NCBI GenBank assembly: GCA_043228905.1
Contig: JBHGNT010000007.1
Location: 5,766,001 to 5,830,000 of the forward strand
From: Azolla caroliniana
Lineage: Eukaryota; Plantae; Polypodiophyta
DNA: 64,000 bases
Direction of reading: 5' to 3'
The position numbers were made by a program, and so were the translations under genes. Shown here one piece after another: positions 36,409-49,052 of the stretch (its first letter is position 1; each line of letters starts with the position of its first letter). The notes under the pieces were generated by a model. The model had not been told where the DNA came from. It searched no databases and was given only the letters and a program-made list of their open reading frames with translations.

Positions 36409-38613
36409 GGCTAAGATATCTTCATGGAGATGGTTTGCCAAATTGAGCTGCACTCAATTTTATCAACTTCGTCCAAATGATAATGAGTAAGACTATGGCC
36501 AAGACTTTATTTCTAGGATTGGCATTCTTTTCGATACATTGCATTGTTGTTTTAAGTTTTATTTTCACTATATAGAGTGAAGGAATTTCAGTGGTCCTAA
36601 TTTACTAACAAAAATTTGAATAGTTCATCCTAGCATTATTATTATTATTCCAGGAATAAGCTTGTAGACCATTTATCATCTTTTTTTCCTATATGGAGAT
36701 TTTCCCAGTTTTCATTGTTTTTGTAATGAGATTGCAATTTGTAATTTATTAATGTGTGATTGAATCAAAACACTTAGTTCGCTTTCTGTACTGAAATTGT
36801 GTGCTATGTAGATATGTTCTTTAAAGTCCATCACGCAAAGTTGCAAAACATTGTGCATAAGATATTTGCTCGTGCATTCTTTGATATCATGAGTTTCTGT
36901 GGGTTTTTGTCTGCTTGTTGATAATTAGTTTTCATATTGGTGCGACAATATACTACTAATATTCATTTTGATTGTGAAAAGCAGTTGTAATTCTCAACAG
37001 GGAAGGGATTTGGTGTGGAATTTGGTGTGGGATTATGATGGGAGAGTTAGTTATATGTTCCAAATATATGATATGAAATGGTTTGGTTTTATAAACTATG
37101 AATGGATGGTTTGAGAGAAAGGATTATTGTCCCAAAGATAAGGATTAGGTATATGAGACTAACATGATATGAAAGAGGCAACTATGTAGCAGGGTCAAGC
37201 ATTATCGAGAGCTTGTAAATCTGCTGAACTTTATCAAACCAATAATCCTCCCCATTGATGTTGTGCATGCATTTAGAGTATAGTCTGATTGAAAGTTACT
37301 TGTGGCGCTCACTCAGTGTTCTTGTAAAATTCATGCCCTTGCACTAAAAACATTGTCTGATGTGGCTTCACTACTTCCGTTAGCGCCATCTTCTTCTGAA
37401 GTTATTTGGTTTGCTTCTGCTATTATGTTTTCCATGCTACAAGACCCAAGGGTATCTTATAATCTTTAGCCCAAGTTTATGCTCATCTGTTTATAAATAT
37501 CCGATTTACTTGCCCAGAATTAATCATTTTATTAAGGCTTTGCAAATCTTTGGTGGCTTGATAATCTCCATTTTCACCTCTTTAAATACTTTTACTTGGA
37601 AGTTCTGATGTCTCAAACTCATGTGCCCCAAAATTTAATCCAAACCACTTTGGTAACTGATTACATAATTTCATTTCATTTTCTTCTCGGAACTATTGTA
37701 GGGTAATGTGATGTATTTTGTAATTGCCTAATGTAAGCAACCTCAAGGTTTCCAAAATCTGTGTTAAGCATTAATATGCAGTTATGATAGCATATTTCAA
37801 GTATGGTATGTTGTAGTCATTTCCAACTTTAGAACTTCATTTGGCTAATATTAATATAACATTTAGAGATGTGCAACTTAAAAGTGTGACTAGCTCTTTC
37901 AATCGTGACACGTGAAAGTTTGGCTATCTTAACAATCTTCATACTCTACTTGCATGCACAACATTACAACCAATCATCCTCCCCATTGATACAATTGGTC
38001 ATCAACACATAACCTTAGTGTTAATTATTGATGAAAGTGTCACAAGTGTCAAGTGTGACACATGAAAGCTTATATTATTGTCATCATACTTCTAAAATCA
38101 ATCATCAACACATCTAAAGTAGTGAGAACAAGTTTTGGAGGTTACAAATCATCATGAATTATACATGTACTAATTGATACAGTCACAAATACTAGGCACT
38201 GCATTTTATGTGCTTGGCATGTGATGTCTTGTGAAATTTAGTTTTTCCCTTTAAATTGTACATTCTTTGTACTCATGTTCGATATGGATCTAGTGTTAAC
38301 AACTCAACATTTCTTAGAAACTTAATATTTTGCATTTAGAGGTGGATTAATATGAAACATATACACTAGCAAATGATTTTATTATAGAAAGTTAAATATT
38401 TGTTTGAACTCAATTTTAGGTAAAAACATGGAATCAGCTAGATATATTTACTGGAATAACTAAGACCCCTCTTGTGCAAACATGCATAAAAATATGCTAT
38501 TGATGTGAGCAAGGTTAGTGCAACAATAGTATTGATATTGTTCATGGGTGCAACCAGTTCCCTATGGGGTAGTTGTATTATTCACCAAGGAATAGTTCTG
38601 ATGAACGGAATCC

Positions 38614-38821
38614 AAAGGAGATACTCTTCTTCCCACATATGGGTTCTAGTTAAATCCCTAATTGAATTCAATTGTCTTTTTAGGACCACAGAATAATCTG
38701 AGTTCCAACATTTTTATAAGGGAGATACTCTTCTTCCCCCATATGGGATCTAGTTAAATCCCTAATTTAACTCAATTGTCTTTCTAGGACCATAGAATAT
38801 TTTGAGTTCTAACATTTCTAT
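38614..38821. repeat. Tandem duplication, ~104 bp x2
   Basis: ggagatactcttcttccc.catatggg.tctagttaaatccctaatt...gagtt.aacattt at 38617 and 38721. Confidence 0.9.
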
Positions 38822-39201
38822 ATTTGAGACTACGATGGTGTATATAAGTTGTAAGAAACCAGACAAAATACAATATTCTAAACAAAACTCACATTAAAAT
38901 GCCTAAAAACAATGGAAGAAAATATTTGGATAGCACTACATATTGCAATTTGTTTACATATGCTTACAAAAAGCAAGTTACAGAATGTTTGAAAGTTCAG
39001 AAATACAAGAATGCCCCCTTAAACTTCCAACAGCCATAGCAGCAACCCAGTGCGTGCGTGGATGGTGAGTTCACTGTCTGATAGAGAGACGAATAACTGT
39101 GTCAAATATAATTACTAATAAGAAATTTACAACACAACCATTTGTTTCTATACACGAAAGTCATATTTGCACAATCTTTCCCGTAGGTGTTTTGATCCAA
39201 A

Positions 39202-42200
39202 CTACTGATCAATCTTAGTGACAAGAATTTCCTTGGAATAATCTCCTGCAGCCGTCAGAAAATCCAAGCTACCTGCAGCATAGAACTGCAAAGAACCAAG
39301 AGTTACAGTATGCTGGCCATGGAAAACATCAGCGGGGAACACCAAGCCTCGACTATTCATATATTGTTGTTCTGGCTGGCCCAGCCATAATCTCCGTGCT
39401 TGAATTAGCTCTAATGTCCATTCAAAAAGCTGTAACACATGCATTATTGGAAGTATTGTGTCAGTCTTTAATACCAAGCTGCTGCAATATTACAAACATC
39501 ACTCCATTTAAAGGATTCAACAATAAGAGTATATACACATATTAGTACATTTAAATGGGTTTACAGCACACACATCAATAAATGAAAGGACTCAAATGTT
39601 CTGAGCGTATAACGTACATGCAATGATGAATTCATAGAGGTCAATGTCACAAGCAAATAATGTACAACAGTACATGTAATGATTCCAGTTAAAGGAATAA
39701 ATGTTACACGCGTATAGTGCATACATAATCACCACATCAAAGAAGTCAATGTAACAAGCATAAATGTACAGATTATCATTATGTCAGTGTTACTTGCACA
39801 CACAGGTATATATATGTACACATAACCATGGCATGAAATGACTCAATGTTATGAGCATAGACATGTACTCATTATCATTACAGTTGAAAGCAGTCAAATG
39901 TTACAAGCATATGCTAGTACAAGTAATCATTACAAATTTACATTAAAGGAATCAACATTAAATGCATACACTTAATGTAAAGTAAAAGTACGCATATCAA
40001 ATAGGCCAAAGACACATACATCCATGAGCTCAGTGGATGAATGTTTGATCGGTCACAATCTGAATGCTATGGTCTGGATATAGACCTAGGTTAATCAGGA
40101 AATTTGCGAAAATACCACTCATTTTAAAGAGGTTCTCAGAATCTCCTCGGTACTTTAAAAAGTCCCAGAAAGATCCTAAAATCTATTACCATTTTATTAT
40201 TCGGATAGAAATAACAATTGCACACAGAGAGAGAGAGAGATTCATGAAGTATCATGGGTAATTTGGGAAATTCATAAAAAATGGGCATTAAACAAAAATC
40301 CCTTCATATAAATAGCAGCCTATAGTGGAATCGATCCTTCATTCTTTCCAATTTATGCTATGAGTATGGAGAACTCCCTCTCCTGTAGTAAGGTTTTATT
40401 ACAAATTCCCAGGGTTCTCTCATGCACACAGAGAGATTGGACCTATATTAGGGTCCTCTCATCTAGACTTGTCCCACTTCTCCTGTAGTATTGAGGATTT
40501 GGTTGAGGATTCGTACATATCTCCAGCCTTCTCTTCTTTAAATCTATCTTTCATTACTATGATAATAGTGTGATATCCCTCAAATTGAAAATCAAATAAC
40601 GGAAAAGGAGAATGAGGTCTCACACCTGGGCAAGGCGGTAGCGAGGCTTCTCTAACTGATGACAATGGACTTCAGCACCTGTACCTTGACATTCTGGACA
40701 GAACAGAGGTCCAGTGTTTGCAGCTGAAGACTTTGACTTACCACGTCGTGGCTTCTTACTGACTTGACCCCTCATTCTCCGACCATCCCTCTTTATCACA
40801 CGAGAACTCCAAAACTTAGACTCGCAAAGTAGGATCCAATCTACCAAGCATGACATGTGAAATATATGGAACGCCTGTATGAACCACAAAGAAGAAAAAA
40901 GAAAATTTTACCCTGCATCTCTTTGAACAATAAGGCATCTCTTTCCAAACATTATACCATCCTGATAAAAGGATATTCCTCAGTTCAATCATACACTATT
41001 GAGTTCAAGCAAAAGAAATCACAGCTTTTTGGATTCTGCCTCGTTTAGACTGTTCTGAATTTATCCTAGAACAGATGAATTTCATAGGATTATATTAGAT
41101 ATGCCCAACTCTATTGGCATGCATTTTCTAGAATTATAAATATAAAACAGCCTCTTTAGTATGCAATAGATTTTGTCAAAAGGATCTGAAATGAGCTTTA
41201 TTTTTATGTTTACAACTTACGTCCATGGAAACCCTAAAATAGTTTGTCACCATTACACAGTGAACTTGGTCAGGGTGGGCATGTCCAACAAGATAATTTG
41301 GTAATTGCAATGCAATATTAGAGCTAAGTCTTGAAAATATGAAATTTCTGATGATCTTCATGCACCACTCTCACGCGTTTATATTAAGTTGACCTTATTT
41401 TTATTATTATAATTTTTATCCCTAAAGTTCCTCAGGAAACTTAATCAAACCTGTGGAACATGGTTTGGTCAAAGATATCTTGGATGGATATTTTAGAAAA
41501 ATGCAACTGTGTTGCTCATTAAAGCTAGGACTTAACTTTAATCAGATTAAATATTTAAAGTTTGAAGAACTTAGGTGATTGTCAATATCAGTCCCTATGG
41601 ACAGGTATAGGCTCCAGAGGATGATGTCAAATTTTAGGGCACAGAATTTAAAGTCTGTGCATTTCATGGTTACGTGAGTGCAATCTACCACATTCTTTCG
41701 GGAAGAAAATCTTGTCATGATGTATTTATTTATTTTTCGTCTGGCTATCATGTTTTTTTGGGTTTAGTATCCATAGAAAGCTCGGTTTTCATATCATTGA
41801 TTTCTTGCTATGCAAAGATGAGTTGATGACTGGCCAAACATTATTTTCTGTAGTGATTGTGGTTTTACTCTGATTTCTCAACTCCATCCTCAGTCCATTT
41901 TATTCCATGGTCATTCTCCTAATTCAGGCACACAAATATGGCCAATACAAATGTGGCACAGGTTCAGTATAAATCATCAGGCCAGAGCATTCTAAAGTTC
42001 ATGTTCGAAATTATTTACATAATTTCATCCACATCACTGTGAAAAGAATCTGAAAACATTCAGAATAAACATTAAAAAAAGCCATGGGTTTCCCTTCACG
42101 GTAGGGGTGATGGGATTCCAACCAAGATCTAGGCTGATAATGAATATTTAAACCAAGGTCTATGTTGATTAGAAACATCTCAGATATGTCAAAACTATAT

Positions 42201-43816
42201 TATGACTTTGCTGCAATAGTTGAAAAGTTCAATTTCTCAATGACCCGGCTGCCCATTTCAATATGATATTTTCACATAAAGCCTTGTGTCTTCATTCTTG
42301 TTATTTTTCTTTTCACAAGGGATGAATATCCCAGGTGCAAGAAGACTGATATGGCCAATAAAAAATCTGGTTATTCTGGTGAGTAGGCGAAAAACCTCTA
42401 TGTTATTCTCTGAAGCAAGGAATTGCTCATTCATAGGATAAAAAGTTGCATCGCATCATCCTCCCATGTTTGGTTTTCCTCTGAATATTCATGTCCATCG
42501 AAATATGACGTTGCATAGTCAATCAATTGCCACATAGGTGAGAGCCTCAAAAGATTAGATTATTGGTTGTATGGTAACAGTGAAATTTGTCCAACTTCCT
42601 TGAATTTGCAACAGGAATTAGAAAAAAATCTAATTGACATCTAACATATTCACCAAGTCAAATGTATATTTTGTATCATCCATCACCTTGATACGAAAAG
42701 AGCATAGTACTTATTTTTCCAGGTCTATTTTAATTTATAGGTATCCATAAATCAAGAAAGCATGCACACACATCATCCTGACACTAAGAGAAGACTAAAT
42801 AATACCTATCTATCCAACTCTATTTTTTCAAGTTATACTTATCTGTAACTCCAGAAAGCCTAAACTCAAGTAATTGAACATATTTTTGCTAGTTATCATT
42901 CACATACCCCTCTTTCGTTCCTGCTATTGCACATCATTTGGCCTGTTTTCAAGTTCAAGAGCGCAGACACAGGTCTCCCAGGAAGCATCTGTTGATGACA
43001 AATGAAACAAAACCTCTCCATCAAATTTAGTCCCCTCCTTTTAAGTGCTTTCCGCAATGCTTTCTCTGATAGATCTTTTGAGAAGAAAAACCCCAAGTGA
43101 TCATCTTCCTTAACAATATTGTTTCCATGGAATAAACCTTCTCTCATAAGAAGAGGAAGTAATAACTGATTATTTGCTTCAGTATCACCACTCTTTGGAA
43201 TCTCCATCATTTGTTGTGACACGGTATCAGTTTGCCTGACGACACAACCTGGTTTCCAATCTCCGCGACGCCCTATTGCATCGCTACAAGGAAAAATTAC
43301 TATTCCATATGTTAAATCCTCGGTTGGTTTAATTTCTGGTAATAGGGTTTTTCCAACCCATTGGCACCATATCCCTTTCACTTGTTGGGAGATTTCAGAT
43401 TGTACCTCAGAGAGAAAAACTTTCCCAGACCCAATCCATTCAAGTGAGGAAGAAGGGAGTATAACTGTTGTTTCTGTTAGTAAACCAGACTTAGGAACCG
43501 ATGCACAATCATTCCTAGTTTTTCCTTTGATGCAACTTTGAGACTGAATTTTCTCACCAATTTCCTCTCCAATAGTAATAGGTTGCGTTGTGGACAGCGA
43601 TAAATTTCCTATACGACGGGCATGTTGATTTCCTCTAAGGTGATCCACTAAAGTTGCATCATTATAGCATCGTGTTGAACAAAGTGTACAAAAGAAGATT
43701 ATAGCTCTCCCATCACGTCTAAGCTCGACACAATGATGGCCATTCTGCCATGCATCCTGTAGAACTACCCTAGCAGCATTTTCCTTGTTTTTCAGAGAGA
43801 ATTTTAACCCTTCCAT
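39202..43816 (-). CDS. Conserved plant protein of unknown function with N-terminal C2H2-type zinc finger and C-terminal Cys/His cluster (At4g28260-like, from recall)
   Basis: Exons 43816(ATG)-42908, 40874-40626, 39429-39202(TAG); all phase 0, GT-AG. Motifs GHHCVELRRDGRAIIFFCTLCSTRCYNDATLVDHLRGNQH, CFICHQQMLPG..LLNLKTG..CNSRN, AFHIFHMSCL.DWILLCE, FCPECQGTG. Start codon uncertain (acceptor at 43843); probable 5'-UTR exons up to ~45550. Confidence 0.85.
39500..39990. repeat. Degenerate ~50-60-bp tandem array in an intron
   Basis: About 8-9 recurrences of aaagga.tcaa(a)tgttac(a)agcat...tgtaca...atcattac. Confidence 0.55.
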
Positions 43817-44019
43817 CCACACACCCTTTTGATAAACCTCCACTGCTATACCCTTTTATACAAATAGTTAGCTTACCACATCAATGTGATGATTTTTTTG
43901 TACACCCTAATAGTTAGATTAAGGGGTATGTCCTTCAATGCACATACTCCTTTTGAATCTTGATGACCCACCAAATGGTGATGCTTGAGAGATATGCCGT
44001 ATTCAAGAAAAGCTCAAAT

Positions 44020-44470
44020 TGATTACAATGATTATACCAATCTCTCTTTGAACTATAGAGGAAGGTTGCTTCAATTGATCATTTAGCTCCAATCAGATGC
44101 ATTTGTAAATGAATAGCTTAAGGCATCCGCTGCATACACAAAAAACTCAACTTCATTACCATGATTAACAAATTAATTTTTTTGTAATTGTATATTATGA
44201 AGCAGAAACACTCTATGAGATTCATTTTAATATACAATTATTAACTGAAGGGATGTAATGTATACAGAAAAATCTCATCTTCCTTAATATGATTAACAGC
44301 AATGTTTCTCTAACCGTAGATGAAAGCAAAATCTCTCTACCAGCTCCAAAATGATCAAATTTTGTATAGAAATAATTAAAATTAAGGGGATGTGTTGTAC
44401 AGAAGATCAACTTCATTACCATCATTAACAACAATCTTTCTTCTAACTGTAGGCATAATGGAATCCGAAG
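44020..44470. repeat. Degenerate ~130-bp tandem repeat (3-4 copies) in the 5' region of the zinc-finger gene
   Basis: aacttcattaccat(g/c)attaaca at 44149 and 44409; related atgattaacagc at 44289 and atgattatacc at 44029. Confidence 0.55.
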
Positions 44471-45608
44471 ACTTCTCAATCCCCTCTCTACAAACTCCGA
44501 CTTGATCCTTGTATAATAGTTCTTTGATTAGATGGTACTAATAAACCTATCCTCCAGTGATTACACATTTGTTGTAAATGGTATTGGATGTAGTGGAAAG
44601 CTTTCATTGCGAGAATCTGTTTTTTCATCATCATGATTGTTGAACAATATGAAGAAAACAATGACGATAAAATCCTCCATGCCATCGCCTTAAAGAGCTT
44701 CAGAATCAAAAAATCTGTAACGAAAGGAAGGAAAATGAGAAATTTCACAGGCTTCATCAATAATTTGATTGCTAAAATTCTTTATATCTTTCTATTCCTA
44801 ATGGATTTTTAGATTTACAGGTAGAAAACAAGAGACAAGGGATCAAATCATCCAAAAATACACAGAAAACAGAATAGACTAAACTGAAATAAGTATTGAT
44901 AATTTGGGTTCTGCGGGGGGAAACGAAGTTAACATTGATCAATTCATCCAAATTTATAGAAAACATGAAATGAACTAGGCATCAAGTGTTTTATTTCTGA
45001 TGGACTTTAGAATTCCCAAAAACAGTGAAACAAGATAGAACGCATGAAAAACCAACTAAGTAGTCGAAGAATACAGCGGTCGCTACAACCAATACTAATC
45101 ATATTGGTCCTGTCGGAATTTCAGGGTTTCAAACTACGCGGAAACAGACCAAAAAAGGGGGTAAAAATGGATTAAATTATAGAAATCGATGTAGGAAAAA
45201 AAAAAAAAAACATTGACATGAAATCATCATTGATTCTTCTGTCTCTAAACTGGGTACATAGTTTTAGGGTGTACCAAAACAGAACACAAAACCCGAAAAA
45301 AAAGGGGAGGGGGGGAAACGATAGAATTATACATAAGAGGGAAACAAATGGAGAAAAGATAGACAGAGTTGTTGGATCGGAAGCAAAAATGGGCATCGAG
45401 GATGTCTTACCAAGAAGAAGAATCGAGCGAGCGATAAAGAAAGAGACCGGCGAAACGGGTCAGAGATGGTTGCGAAACGGAGGAAACGCCATGGATGGAT
45501 GGGAAGGAAGAAGACAGGGTCTCTGCGTTTCCCCCTTTCTTTGATTTTTAATTGACTCCACACACGATCAAAAAAAACAAGTCTTTACAAAAAGAAGGAA
45601 ATAAAAAG

Positions 45609-45655
<47 letters not shown>

Positions 45656-45742
45656 TTGTAATTATGTATGTATCATGTATGTATGTAAATTTGTAATTAT
45701 GTATGTATTTAAATTTGTAATTATGTATGTATGTATGTAAAT
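45609..45742. repeat. (TATG)n microsatellite with interspersed taaatttgtaat units
   Basis: Read directly from the sequence. Confidence 0.9.
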
Positions 45743-46280
45743 TTTTTTACGGATTCGTTCGGCCGTCCGGCCCCCCTCCTCCTCAACAAGAGTAAAAAGA
45801 AAAAAAAGAGAAAACAACTCCTTCCCGTCAGTCTCGGCCCATCGATCTGATCGATTCACATGTGCCACCAGAGAAAGCTCTCCTCCGCCAGCAACTGGTC
45901 ATTGCCTCGCTACTGAGCAACGGTTGGGGTCTTGTCAGGTCTCGACCAGACAACCAGTCGATTCGCTACCCAAGCATCAGTGGGGTCCACTCCTGCCCTT
46001 CGGTGGACAACCCCAGTCATCCAAGCATATAATTGTTCGACCAAAACAACAATTCAATAACAAACTCGATGTCAAACACTTTCTTCATCCCAGGGCAAGG
46101 AAAGTGTGGGCCGATTCAAAGAACCAACAATAATTATTACTTTTTTCAACCAACTGCTTGGCATTCCATTATTGTTCTCTTTTATATAATCTCCACCTTT
46201 TACTTCTCATTATAAAATGCCAATTGTCATGAATGTTGAGCAAACATGCGAGAGGATGTGAAGTTATGTGGATGGGAGTA

Positions 46281-46838
46281 TGTTAGAGGATAGGTGGATC
46301 TGAGGAGGAAGACTAAAGGCGAGACCGAGTTGTGAGGGCGAGACTAAGAGTGGATCAAATCATACGAGAGATAAAGTGGATGAGTGGATTGGAACGGATA
46401 ATTAGATGAGGACAAGGGGAAAGTGCATGAAAGAGAGAGCATTGGGTGAGTGGGTGAGCAAAGTCGAAATCAAAGAATGGATGCAAGCAGAACATGTTGC
46501 TCAATAAAGGCATCACACAAGTGTCACCGTAGCTTACGTGGGTTTGATAAGTGATTTATCCCTAATGCAATACTTGAACGTGGAGCAAGACAACGAAGCG
46601 CATATAGAGAAGTCAACGAGACAATACAATATAACAATAAAGATGTGCCCTTCTTAGCCCTATAGCTTTTAATTCTTTTATAAGTAGGGTAGAAGGGTTT
46701 GTATTGGGCTGACCAATTGGCCTTTTCACCCTTTCATTCGATATGCATTTATTACAACAATCTCCTACCAAATGCCATCTACTTGGCAAAGAAAAAAACT
46801 AAATGTACTTATCTATTGATTGATGACTTCACCTATCA
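46281..46838 (-). mobile_element. Solo LTR (558 bp)
   Basis: TG(ttaga)...(cctat)CA with perfect TSD GAGTA (46276-46280, 46839-46843). A TATA-like motif on the minus strand near 46680 suggests the orientation. Confidence 0.78.
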
Positions 46839-47269
46839 GAGTATAAATACGTATATTTCCCATCTCACATTGATGGGCATGCTATAGAGATTTACATTAA
46901 AAATAGATCAACTCGCAACATTAAAATAAACAAGCCATTATTAGAACCTTGGTTAATGCATCCACATTATTTTCCAATGTATGTACCCTTTTTAAAGTGA
47001 TATTGTTGATGGGTTAGGGTTGAGGGTGATGGTGTGATGGCGTGATGATGAGTGTTGTGGGGTAACATATACAATGTTTCTTAGACAATCTTGAATGAAG
47101 TGGTGTGTGACACACTTTCATATGCTTTGGGTTAGCACAAAGGATCGATTTATCGCCAAAGCAATTGCATTCTAGCCATCATTGTGGAGGATTGAACAAT
47201 TGTTTTGGCTATATATGTTCTTCATTATCCCCAAAGCCTTTGAAGAATTATGAAATATATGCAAACACT

Positions 47270-47720
47270 TTATAACAATGAGACATGAGATATTGCCCCA
47301 CCTCAGTCACATAAGAAGGCCACTAATTCTTCAAGGATCTACCAAGTTTATTACAACTCTTATGGCTCTATCAATCTTGTGTAAGGTTGGGCTCGCAACA
47401 AAAGGCTACAACCAAATACATGACCATGACTACATTGACACCTTTGCTCCTGCGAAAAAGATGACAACCGTTCAGACGTACTAGCATTTATCGTGGTGAA
47501 AGGGTGGCACATCCACCCAATGGATGTGAAGAATGTCTTCCTCCAAGGAGAGTTCAAGGAAAAAGTATACATGGTACAATCACTTGGGTTCAAAAGTTGG
47601 AGTTCCACGTGTGCATTGTATATGGACCCAATAATACATTATATGGTCTCAAGCAAGCACCGAGGGCGTCTTATTCAAACAACACACAATACCTACCACA
47701 AGTTGCATTCTCTTGTGGTA
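47270..47720 (+). mobile_element. Decayed Copia reverse-transcriptase fragment
   Basis: LATKGYNQ..DYIDTFAPAKKMTTV, MDVKNVFLQGEFKEKVYMVQ, LYGLKQAPRA across shifted frames. Confidence 0.85.
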
Positions 47721-47801
47721 GTTTGAATTGTAGTATTCTACACACGAGGATAAAAGTCTGAGGGTTTACTGAGAGTGTAAAGAAGGGAGAATTCCTTTTA
47801 A

Positions 47802-48155
47802 TGTTAGGAATTAAGACAACACATAAGGGCCAAGTGTGAGCTTGATTGGGGGAGCCTTAGGTCTGGCTATAAATACGAGGCCTAACTACCCTCATTAGTA
47901 ACCTTATTCGACTACGTCAAGATTGTGATCTCGTGGTGAACAAACGCTTGTAGTGAGTGCGCCAATACCAAGTACAATTCCATGCCATGGCGGTGGTATG
48001 TGACACTGATATCAAGGGGTTGCAATCCATCTCTATCCCTTCGCTCGGGGGTGGTCGGGAGGATCGACACCCTTCTTTCTCGCTCTTTTTTTCCTATTAT
48101 CTAGCTATCATTTATTTCCTTATTTCACGTTCGCATTAGAAATAATCTACTAACA
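47802..48155 (+). mobile_element. Solo LTR (354 bp) upstream of ITPK
   Basis: Perfect terminal inverted repeat tgttag...ctaaca. TSD tttaa/cttaa (4/5). TATAAATA at 47868. Confidence 0.7.
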
Positions 48156-48537
48156 CTTAACAATCCGTACACTCCCTGTGGTTGTAAACACACCGGCATC
48201 TCGATAATTAAACCACATGTGAACGAGTCTTCAGGAGAATGCGTACATGGGTCTTGCATGAGGGTTACAGAGTTACTACTACGGGAGCTGCGGGAGGCTC
48301 AATGGCATGCATGGAAGTCAGCCGGGATCCGGGTTACGCACAAAAAAGAAAGAAGCCCGTGAAAGAGTTTCCCTAACGTGTGTAGGGTCGATCCTGCACA
48401 CGTGTGAACCCCCCTCCTCCCACACGTGTGCACGTGCGTCAATTGAGGTAAACAGAAGAAGAAGAATTAGCCACACGCACACTCGATTCTACATACATAC
48501 ATTATTACATACATACTCACCCCCCCGAGTTTAAAAC

Positions 48538-48557
48538 TAAATAAATAAATAAATAAG

Positions 48558-48592
<35 letters not shown>

Positions 48593-48745
48593 GTAAATAA
48601 ATAAGTAAATAAATAAGTAAATAAATAAGTAAATAAAATAAATAAATAAAATAAATAAAATAAATAAAATAAATAAAATAAATAAAATAAATAAAATAAA
48701 TAAAATAAATAAATAAGTAAATAAGTAAATAAATAAATAAATTAA
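48538..48745. repeat. (AAAT)n/(AAAAT)n compound microsatellite, ~200 bp
   Basis: Read directly from the sequence. Confidence 0.95.
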
Positions 48746-48860
48746 TTAAAAAAAAAATCAGTTTATTTTTTCTCCATTCACTCACACACACATACACGCA
48801 TATGACGCAAATGCAGTTTTCTGTCTCCTCCTCGTCTGCACAGAAATTAGGGTTTCCTTT

Positions 48861-48912
48861 CGCCATCGCCATCGCCATCGCCATCGCCATCGCCATCGCC
48901 ATCGCCATCGCC
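48861..48912. repeat. (CGCCAT)8-9 repeat in the putative ITPK 5' UTR, preceded by a telo-box (tagggttt 48848-48855)
   Basis: Read directly from the sequence. Confidence 0.9.
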
Positions 48913-49052
48913 GTTTCTTCTTCTTCTTCATCATCGTCGTCATCACTATCTTCATTCTCATTCTCATCATCATCACCACCACCATCTTCTCCTTCTCCTT
49001 CTCCATTTCCCCGTCTTTTCCCTCCCTGCAGTCCTCCTCCAGTTCGTGCCTT

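Noticed and set aside
40098-40302. Possible Mutator-like MITE (ggaaattt...aaaaatccc)
   Set aside because: Inverted ends are weak and no TSD was found; not listed as a feature.
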